Positions 52,788-60,580 of a stretch of 64,000 nt of DNA are shown one piece after another (the stretch's first letter is position 1; the number at the start of each line of letters is the position of its first letter). Location: contig CP070724.1 of NCBI GenBank assembly GCA_020350825.1, positions 89,860-153,859 of the forward strand, in the 5' to 3' direction. The notes beneath the pieces are model-generated. The model did not search any database, had not been told where the DNA came from, and worked only from the letters and a program-made list of their open reading frames with translations. Position numbers and translations under genes: made by a program. The stretch is from Thermoplasmatales archaeon (GTDB lineage Archaea > Thermoplasmatota > E2 > DHVEG-1).

Positions 52788-52965
52788 TTCCTTCCCCTAG
52801 ATTACTAGGAGAAGTTCTGATTTCCTTCAAAACCAATTTATGTAAAGAAGATTTACTATATACTAAGAGATAATTAGCTTCTATTTCTTTCTTTAATTCT
52901 ATAAATTTTGTATAAGGCATCTTTGCTATGAATCCAACAGATACCCATTCTTTATCTAAACTCAT
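52774..52965 (-). CDS. Small hypothetical protein, translationally overlapped with the downstream nuclease-like gene
   Basis: 14-nt overlap with 52221-52787. 63 aa. Confidence 0.35.
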   Translation of the reverse strand: MSLDKEWVSVGFIAKMPYTKFIELKKEIEANYLLVYSKSSLHKLVLKEIRTSPSNLGEGNDNK

Positions 52966-53310
52966 ATAATCTCCAATCTAAATCTAAATAACCACATTGA
53001 AACATAAACAAAAGAAATTACATACCTAAAAAGGACATAAGTACAATTACGTACTACGCTTACTCTCCAATTAACTTTGGAATCATCTTTCTACATTTGG
53101 GACACAACCCTCGAGAGAAATCCAATAAAAGATTTCTGACATTATCAATAAGGAGGTAAAATAAATAATTTTTACCTATACAGTGAAAATATATTATATG
53201 CTATTAAATTAGATGTTTGAGTTATGTTGATAACTATTAATTTTCATAAGAATTTTTGTTAGAAATATTTATATTTGAGAACATATTATAAATAATGGGG
53301 ATTTGTAAAT

Positions 53311-54555
53311 ATGAAGAATAAATTAAATGCATTTTTGTTAGTGTTATGTCTATGTTTTGTTAGTGTTGGGATGGCAGGTGCGTATGACTATACTTATATC
53401 TCTGATGAGAAGAATCATTTTCCTAGAATGGTAGATTCTAGTAATGATTACGGTATTCAGTGGGAGAAGAGTTATGGTTCTAATCCATGGAATGATGCTA
53501 GGTATGAGGGTCCCCAACCTATTGGGGATTGTGATAATGATGGTGACAATGAATTACTCATTGGAGGGCGAGATGCCGTTTTGAGAGTTATGGAATGGAA
53601 TGAAGAGAAGCAAACATATGAAGAAACTCATTTGTTGCATTGCCCTTTTTACCCAGTTCGACGACTTGATGCTGATGGTTTTGCGATTGGTGATTTAACA
53701 GGTGATGGGAAAAATGAGATTGCTGTTTCTTGGTACGTTACCGTTCATAAATGGATTAGAGGAAAATATAGAATTATTGGGTGGAATCCTTGGATAGAAT
53801 GGAGTGGTGGTGGTAGTCCAGATTGTTATATCGGGGATTGCGATAATGATGGAAAGAATGAAATAGTTATGAGCTGTCGGGATTGGTCAAGGTCTATTCC
53901 TGAAATTGTTGTCTTTAAATGGAATGGATGGCGAATTGTAAAAGTTGCAGAGTGGGATGATCCTGGCATAAATGGGGAAGTTTTCATGGCAGGAATGGGA
54001 GATACTGATGAAGATGGAGAAAACGAAATCGTCCTTGGTTCTGGTGATAAAGTTGTTGTTCTTAATTGGAATAAGGAGAGTAAGGAGTTTGAGCCAACTA
54101 TTGTAAGTGATGATCCAGCTTCAGGTTGGGAAAATCATCCGTTTGCCTGTATCGTCAAAGATAGTGATATGGATGGAAAAAATGAGATTAATGTTGGATA
54201 CTGGGCCCCCAAGATCAAGATTTTCGAATGGAACGGCACCGGATACGAGATTAAATTTGAAAAAGAATGGCCTGGTGAAGAAGGATTAATTGAAGCCCTA
54301 GATGTTGGTGATGTTGATGATGATGGCATTGCAGAGGTATGTGCAGGAACAGATGTGATACATATATTGCAATGGAATAATTCCACATATGTTGAAGAGG
54401 CAGTTATTGATGAAACATTTGGATTATTGGCTGTTGTCTGTGTTGGGGATTGTGATAACGACGGGAAAAATGAAATTCATGCTGGATCGGTTGGAGTATA
54501 TCCTGGTCAAGATTTTATGTCTTGGGTTTTCAAGTACGGATGGGAATCTAAGTAA
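53311..54555 (+). CDS. Secreted FG-GAP/VCBS-type seven-bladed beta-propeller protein
   Basis: Signal peptide LLVLCLCFVSVGMAGA. Seven repeats of the Ca-binding loop GDCDNDGDNE / GDLTGDGKNE / GDCDNDGKNE / GDTDEDGENE / KDSDMDGKNE / GDVDDDGIAE / GDCDNDGKNE. Confidence 0.8.
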   Translation: MKNKLNAFLLVLCLCFVSVGMAGAYDYTYISDEKNHFPRMVDSSNDYGIQWEKSYGSNPWNDARYEGPQPIGDCDNDGDNELLIGGRDAVLRVMEWNEEKQTYEETHLLHCPFYPVRRLDADGFAIGDLTGDGKNEIAVSWYVTVHKWIRGKYRIIGWNPWIEWSGGGSPDCYIGDCDNDGKNEIVMSCRDWSRSIPEIVVFKWNGWRIVKVAEWDDPGINGEVFMAGMGDTDEDGENEIVLGSGDKVVVLNWNKESKEFEPTIVSDDPASGWENHPFACIVKDSDMDGKNEINVGYWAPKIKIFEWNGTGYEIKFEKEWPGEEGLIEALDVGDVDDDGIAEVCAGTDVIHILQWNNSTYVEEAVIDETFGLLAVVCVGDCDNDGKNEIHAGSVGVYPGQDFMSWVFKYGWESK

Positions 54556-54676
54556 TTGGATATTAAACTCTACAACTACAATTTTTTTAATCCATTTTTA
54601 TCTTCCTCGAAAATCATGTTTGGATATTTAACTTGCAGAAACTATTTATTTTGAAACTGGTTTTTGTTAGTGGGAG

Positions 54677-54952
54677 TTGAGAAATACGCCTAAAACTGTT
54701 GTTAAAAAGGATGGAAGAAAAGAACCTTTCGTAAAAGAAAAAATTGTGGTTAGTGCTGTAAAAACTGGTGCTCCGGTAAAGGTGGCACGTAGTATTGCTG
54801 ATAAGATTGAGAAACACCCCAAAGATGAGCTTAAAACCAGTGAGATCAAAAAAAGCGTCTTGGATGAACTAACATTACATAATCCTGATTTACCTAAACG
54901 CTGGCTCAGTTACGATAAAAGTGTTAAAAGGTTGTATAAACATATGTATTAA
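54677..54952 (+). CDS. Stand-alone ATP-cone domain protein
   Basis: VVKKDGRKEPFVKEKIVVSAVKTG..ARSIADKIE..LKTSEIKKSVLDEL fits the ATP-cone pattern. TTG start uncertain. Confidence 0.55.
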   Translation: MRNTPKTVVKKDGRKEPFVKEKIVVSAVKTGAPVKVARSIADKIEKHPKDELKTSEIKKSVLDELTLHNPDLPKRWLSYDKSVKRLYKHMY

Positions 54953-54976
54953 ATGTAAAGCAAGAAAAATAAGCTA

Positions 54977-56458
54977 TTATGATTTGAGGCGTTTTATACG
55001 GTTGCCCATAGCGTCATAGGTAGCATATTTATAGAGTTCGCCAAGGGTGGGATAATTAAAACAGGTGTCAATAAAAAGATTGCTGCTTGCGTCTATTATA
55101 AGGGCACTGACACCAATGTGGATTAATTCGGATGCGATCTCGCCGATGACATGGACACCTAGTAGTTTCATGGGGCGACTGAGGTCTTTATTGAATTTGA
55201 AGATTAATTTCAAAAAACCATCGGAGTCACCGATAATCATACCTCGTGCATTCTGGTTATAGGCAGCTTTGCCCACCGCATAATCAATCTTTTCCTCCCG
55301 ACATTCTTCCTCGGTTTTGCCAGCCATAGAGCACTCAGGGATTGTGTAAATACCAATGGGCAAAATGGGTGCCACATGCTTCTTGTAGGGTTCTAAGTTA
55401 AAGGCTTTGATCATGGCGAAGCGAGCCTGTTCCATGGAAGTCGAGGCTAGAGCAGGTCTGCCAATGACATCACCAGCAGCATAGATACCTGACACAGGTT
55501 TTTTTGTCTCTGGATGTATAACCTGGTAGTTTTGATCTACCGCTAATAAACCGTGTTTGCCAGGTGTGATCCCAGCGACCTCGAGATTCAATTCCCTAGT
55601 GTTGCTAGTTCGTCCTGTCGCGAGCATTACCGCCTCGTACTTGCTGACTTTTCCCGAACCCAGTTTTATTTGTAGCCCGTTAGCCATCACAGTACAAGCC
55701 TCTACGCTATCGGGCTTCAGCAGTTTAATTCCCATCTTTGACATGCTGTTCTCGAGTGCAAATGATATATCGCGATCAAGAAAAGGTAGCAGGATCTCCT
55801 TGTTGTGAATTAAGGACACATCAACACCCAATGCAGCGAAGGTGCAGGCATATTCACAGCCGATGACACCACCACCCACTACTACCATATTCTTTGGCAC
55901 TGGACTTTTGATCTGCAAGATAGAATCCGAGTCGTAGATACGTGGATCTTTAGGGATGTTGTCGGGACGCCGTGGATTCGAACCCGTTGCAATCAAGATA
56001 ATATCGCCCTTAAGGAACTTAGGTGGTTTGTCGCGTGCCTCGATCTTGATTGTTCGTTTATCCACAAACGAGCCCATACCCTTGAAGATGTCCACGTTAT
56101 GGACAAGCATGTTATTCATGACACGTGTACGCTCAGCATTTTTCACTACTCGCTCGTGGTGTAGAAAGTCCCTAGCTGTGGCCTGACGTTTGAGCGAAAG
56201 ATCCACGCCGTGGAGACGACGTGCACGTATCCCTGAGAGTGTTAGCGACGTTTCTCGTAGGGTTTTGCTTGGGATCGTAGTACCAGCTGCTGCACCGCCT
56301 AAATAGGGGTCTCGTTCCACCATGGCGACATTTTTACCGAAATAGGCAGCCTGTGCAGCGCCTTTCTCACCTGCAGGGCCTGATCCAAGAACGATCAGAT
56401 CATATTTGAGTAAGGATCCTCTCTTAGCTATACATACTCCCCCTAAATAATAATCTTC
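54977..56458 (-). CDS. SthA/UdhA-like soluble pyridine nucleotide transhydrogenase (FAD/NAD(P) disulfide-reductase fold without the redox Cys pair)
   Basis: YDLIVLGSGPAGEKGAAQAAYFGKNVAMVERDPYLGGAAAGTTIPSKTLRE (no CxxxxC), second Rossmann VVVGGGVIGCEYA, C-terminal dimerisation domain. The coordinates span the whole open frame; the first canonical start (ATG at 56323) would delete the GxGxxG motif (see findings). Confidence 0.75.
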   Translation of the reverse strand, partial: EDYYLGGVCIAKRGSLLKYDLIVLGSGPAGEKGAAQAAYFGKNVAMVERDPYLGGAAAGTTIPSKTLRETSLTLSGIRARRLHGVDLSLKRQATARDFLHHERVVKNAERTRVMNNMLVHNVDIFKGMGSFVDKRTIKIEARDKPPKFLKGDIILIATGSNPRRPDNIPKDPRIYDSDSILQIKSPVPKNMVVVGGGVIGCEYACTFAALGVDVSLIHNKEILLPFLDRDISFALENSMSKMGIKLLKPDSVEACTVMANGLQIKLGSGKVSKYEAVMLATGRTSNTRELNLEVAGITPGKHGLLAVDQNYQVIHPETKKPVSGIYAAGDVIGRPALASTSMEQARFAMIKAFNLEPYKKHVAPILPIGIYTIPECSMAGKTEEECREEKIDYAVGKAAYNQNARGMIIGDSDGFLKLIFKFNKDLSRPMKLLGVHVIGEIASELIHIGVSALIIDASSNLFIDTCFNYPTLGELYKYATYDAMGNRIKRLKS

Positions 56459-57216
56459 TCACCCTCAGAGGCGATGCTGATATTAAGTTTTAATTCGTGG
56501 GATACTTCCTTCACTTCTTTCTTGATTTCTTTTTCCAGTTTCGGGCTTAAATGAAATAAGATTACCTGTGGAAAACATCCTTTGACTCGATGAAAATCTA
56601 TCAACTCTTTTTTTAACATTTTGGGACATAGGTGTGCTGAATTGATTGCTCTATTTTCTAATCTATTGGGAAAAGTTACTTCCACTATAATAAGCTGAGG
56701 TGATATGTGTTCCCAAAGAGCTGAAAGACCTGGACCAGTATCACCAGAGTAAAACACCTTCTTTCCATCTTTGGAAGTGATTTCAAAGCCTAATGCGTTA
56801 ATGGTATGTCTTACCGGCAGGGGTAAAACCTGATAACCTTCAATATCTACTGGAACAAAGGGTTCTAAAGCAACAAACTTGAGTGATGGTTTTTCTAAGA
56901 AAAAGGGAATCTTTTTTGTGAATTTAGGATAAATTACACCATCAACAAGATGAGAGGAAAGGATTTTAAGTGTCTGTGGAGCAGCAAAAATCTCAGTAGT
57001 ATGATTAGGATTATTGAAGGCAAAAGCTGGAATCCCTCTAATATGGTCGTAATGTCCATGAGATAGCAAGATTGCCTTTATCTTTTCTTGCTCTGAAAAT
57101 GAAAGTTCCGAAGCTAGGCTCCCTGCATCCACAGCTAAGATATCATCAATCAGAATGGAGATCAACCTAGTATCTCTTGATTCTGCATTATGTGCACCTA
57201 AAAACTTTACGATCAG
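56443..57216 (-). CDS. MBL-fold hydrolase resembling class II 3',5'-cyclic-nucleotide phosphodiesterases
   Basis: VKFLGAHNAESRDTRLISILIDDILAVDAGS, SHGHYDH (HxHxDH), YSGDTGP, AHLCPKMLKKEL, LFHLSPK. The coordinates span the whole open frame; the track start is a TTG at 57165. Confidence 0.6.
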   Translation of the reverse strand: MIVKFLGAHNAESRDTRLISILIDDILAVDAGSLASELSFSEQEKIKAILLSHGHYDHIRGIPAFAFNNPNHTTEIFAAPQTLKILSSHLVDGVIYPKFTKKIPFFLEKPSLKFVALEPFVPVDIEGYQVLPLPVRHTINALGFEITSKDGKKVFYSGDTGPGLSALWEHISPQLIIVEVTFPNRLENRAINSAHLCPKMLKKELIDFHRVKGCFPQVILFHLSPKLEKEIKKEVKEVSHELKLNISIASEGEKIII

Positions 57217-57327
57217 TTAATCAACTCCAATATATTGTATGGCAACGTGGTTTTCTTAAAAACCTTTATGTTTATAAATCCTGCTTTTGACTATCTATAG
57301 TGATAGTAATCAATCTGTTATTTGGGC

Positions 57328-58905
57328 TTAGATGCGGCGAAGTTTTCTAGAGAGCCCCTTTGCCATGTTTTGCATCACTATCTTGCCAAGATGACTATTT
57401 TTGTTCATCAGATTTTCTAGTTCAAACCGATCTATCACAACGAGCTTAGAACCTACATCTGTTACTAAATCAGCGACTCTAGGCAAATCCTCAATGATTG
57501 CCATCTCGCCAAAAATCTCTCCTTGACTAATAGAGCCAATTTTAGATCTTTTTTTTCCAGTTCTCTTAGCAAAAACTGATGCTTTACCTTCTGCAAGAAC
57601 AAAAATTTCGCTCCCACATTCACCTTCACTGCATATAGTTTTTCCTGCAGGGTAGGAAACCATTTTACATATTTGAGCCAGTTGGGATAACTCCCCATCG
57701 GAAAGACCCTGGAAAATGTCGGATTGTCGTGTTACTTCGGTGATTTCTAGACCAATTTTCTTACATTCCAAGTCCTTCATTGCCAGCTTAAACATATCTT
57801 TGGCCATTGATGTAAGCTTTATGTCTCTCACATCTGGAGGTATAAGCAACTTGGCCATACGTACCACATCAAGTCGTTCCACTCCTCGGAATACCATTGA
57901 GGGGCAATAGGCCACTGGAACAAATCCTAATCTATCTAAGGTCTTTTGCATTTGAGAAGAATATGCGCTTACATCCATTTCAATATACTGAGCCTCATAA
58001 TTCTCTGGGGCCAGCTTTACCAGTGTTGATAACAAGAACCCTTTCACTTCATCGTCGAACTCAATAAGTTCGAGCACCTTAACCTTCTTATCAATAACGT
58101 CCACGGTGAAGCCGATCGCGCCCAAGATTACGCCCTTATCTTTGGCTACCAAATAGTGAGCTTGATTCGTAGCGATTTTAAAGAATCCATAACTCAAACT
58201 CAGATTCCCAAATACCTCAGGATTCTTGATCCGTCCTCGTTCAATTCGGAGAAGAGGTGAAACTCCAGCTGATTGGAGTTCCATAATATCAAAAGTCTTC
58301 TCTGTGGGATAACCATCTACTTCATCTTCAACTATAAGATCCACTGGTAAGCCAAGATTTTGCATGCTTTTAGCTGCCATTGGGTAGATACAAGCAATAA
58401 CTCGAGGATTATTCCTTCTCAGGGAGAGAGCAGGTTCAAAGAGTCTGGTGACAAAAACCACGTTCTCTCTGGCTGTCGCAAGTTGATACTTATTTGGTTC
58501 AAATCCTGTTGGAAAAAATCCACACCGTTCAGAGATCTTTTGGGCCCCTGAATGAACAGCCCTACACTCAGCAAAACCAAATTGGATAATTTCTGAGGAA
58601 GCATCTATTAAACCATTGAAGATCTCAGTGCCGGTACCTTTTCGACCGCATTTTGGATCTACTACCAAACGTCCAAACTCACCTATTAAATCTGAGAATC
58701 CGCCCGCCGTAAGAAAAACTGAGCCCGTACCAACAATTCGGTTTTTCTCCTTAGCAACTAAAATTATGTTATCATCAGAATAGATACTTTTAGTAAGCCA
58801 CATGGGATCGTAAAATTTCTTGAATGGATAATCTGGACCATAGGTTTTTACAAAAAGATTCATAATTAGTTGCGCATCATTTTCGTCTGCTTGTGTAATT
58901 TCCAC
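57328..58905 (-). CDS. Tandem GNAT acetyltransferase with a C-terminal cyclic-nucleotide-binding (CAP-type) domain
   Basis: GNAT motif A RLVVDPKCGRKGTGTEIF in the first domain and a degenerate second GNAT-like domain. C-terminal FQGLSDGELSQL..GEIFGEMAIIEDLPRVADLV (FGE..PR.A phosphate-binding cassette). GTG start. Confidence 0.8.
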   Translation of the reverse strand: MEITQADENDAQLIMNLFVKTYGPDYPFKKFYDPMWLTKSIYSDDNIILVAKEKNRIVGTGSVFLTAGGFSDLIGEFGRLVVDPKCGRKGTGTEIFNGLIDASSEIIQFGFAECRAVHSGAQKISERCGFFPTGFEPNKYQLATARENVVFVTRLFEPALSLRRNNPRVIACIYPMAAKSMQNLGLPVDLIVEDEVDGYPTEKTFDIMELQSAGVSPLLRIERGRIKNPEVFGNLSLSYGFFKIATNQAHYLVAKDKGVILGAIGFTVDVIDKKVKVLELIEFDDEVKGFLLSTLVKLAPENYEAQYIEMDVSAYSSQMQKTLDRLGFVPVAYCPSMVFRGVERLDVVRMAKLLIPPDVRDIKLTSMAKDMFKLAMKDLECKKIGLEITEVTRQSDIFQGLSDGELSQLAQICKMVSYPAGKTICSEGECGSEIFVLAEGKASVFAKRTGKKRSKIGSISQGEIFGEMAIIEDLPRVADLVTDVGSKLVVIDRFELENLMNKNSHLGKIVMQNMAKGLSRKLRRI

Positions 58906-59135
58906 GATGTGGCCTCCCTTTTCACTAACTAGAAACTTATATAATCCAAAAATAATTACCTCTTTTATAACTTTCTCTATTTTAATGGATAAAATGTTCT
59001 TAAAATCATATTTTCTCTACGATACATCAATATTTAATCCGTTTTTACTTATATAGGGACTAAAATCTATATGTTTTAAATAGGTAAACTGAAGATTCTG
59101 TTTCTGTGTGTAAATAAAGAAATATGGAGAAAGAT

Positions 59136-59426
59136 TTATTCTAGATACTCTAAATCCACAAGTAATTCAAGTTTCCTTGGGGGAGCTTCAAGTCCTCTTT
59201 TTGAAAAAAACGTGATAGGTTCTTCTCTAATCTTTTTGGTAAATTTAAGAAATGATTTAAACTCCTTAAATTTCAATAGAGCAGCATAGTTCCATTCACT
59301 TGACGGTTTTAATATATCCATCAGCTCCACATTATCAAATTTTTTTGATGCTTGCATCATAGTTTTTTTTGCTTCCTCAAACTCTTCTTTGCTACCACTA
59401 AAATTAAAATAGACTATTGCGTACAT
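59136..59426 (-). CDS. Hypothetical protein (96 aa)
   Basis: ORF only, in an AT-rich spacer within the cAMP block. Confidence 0.35.
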   Translation of the reverse strand: MYAIVYFNFSGSKEEFEEAKKTMMQASKKFDNVELMDILKPSSEWNYAALLKFKEFKSFLKFTKKIREEPITFFSKRGLEAPPRKLELLVDLEYLE

Positions 59427-59684
59427 TTTATCGTTTTTGCATCTTTTTTACATATAAAAATATTTCCTTATTAGAAGCATGTTGTTTTATTCCGGAATTA
59501 TTCTTTTCGAGAAAATTAAGTAACCGATTTATTATACATAAAGAAGTTGAATCAGAAGGAAATCTAACAAGACTAGTCGATCTGAATATCATCCAAGAAC
59601 TAGATCAAGACATTCAAAGAAAGAGCTAATACTTCCTCCCCAAATCTTTTTATATAAAAATATAATTGTACGGAAGGGGATATT

Positions 59685-60566
59685 TTGGCAAAAAAAATTG
59701 ACAATAAGGAAATCAAGTCCAATAAAAAGGTAAAATCCAAAAGAAAAATATTTCTCCTGATAATCCCCGTAATAATTATTGTTTGTATCATAGGATTTAT
59801 ATGGTTCACACTTACCACTGATGTAGTCAATGCCCAACTTATTGTTGAATCTGGGACTGTCCAGGTAAAACACGTAGGAGGATCATGGATCTCTGCCGAA
59901 AATAGCATGCTTCTCTCCCAGTCTGATTCAGTGAAGACAGGAGATAATACATCTGCGTCAATAATCCTTTTTGAAAGCAGCATAATCAGGCTTGACAACA
60001 ACACAGAGGTGACGATTCAAGAACTCATCCAACTGGATGAAGAAACCAGTGTTAAGATAAAACAGGATGCAGGACGGACATGGAACACAATTTCCAAGAT
60101 GAGTGGTATAGACAACTACGATGTCCAGACTCCAACAACAGTTGCCAGTGTTCGTGGAACCGCTTTTGTTGTAATTGTCCAATCAAATGGGACAACCTAT
60201 TATGGAGTGGCCCATGGAATCCTAAATGTTTCTTATGTGAGCAATGGTACAATTCAAGGCGTTGTAGATTTGGATGAGAATGAATCTGTAATAGCTTATG
60301 TTGATATGGTGAATATATCTCTTGAAATAAAACCTTTTGTTATGGATGATTGGGTCTTAGAAAATCTTCTTGAAGATGAGCAGTTTAGAATTGATTTAAA
60401 GGAGGAACTTTACAGTCGAATTGAACCATATATACCTGAATTAAAAGAGCAGTATGGTTTAACTGACCAAGAATTAGAGGTTCTTATCGATGGTTACATT
60501 ATGGGATACTTCGACCTTCCACCTGATACACCAGAATGGGCAAGAGAATTATTTGAATTGTCTTGA
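59685..60566 (+). CDS. FecR-domain protein with an N-terminal membrane anchor
   Basis: TM helix IFLLIIPVIIIVCIIGFIWF. GTVQVKHVGGSW..GDNTSASIILFESSIIRLDNNTEV..VASVRGTAFVV fits the FecR fold pattern. TTG start. Confidence 0.7.
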   Translation: MAKKIDNKEIKSNKKVKSKRKIFLLIIPVIIIVCIIGFIWFTLTTDVVNAQLIVESGTVQVKHVGGSWISAENSMLLSQSDSVKTGDNTSASIILFESSIIRLDNNTEVTIQELIQLDEETSVKIKQDAGRTWNTISKMSGIDNYDVQTPTTVASVRGTAFVVIVQSNGTTYYGVAHGILNVSYVSNGTIQGVVDLDENESVIAYVDMVNISLEIKPFVMDDWVLENLLEDEQFRIDLKEELYSRIEPYIPELKEQYGLTDQELEVLIDGYIMGYFDLPPDTPEWARELFELS

Positions 60567-60580
60567 GCCTGTGGTTTATA

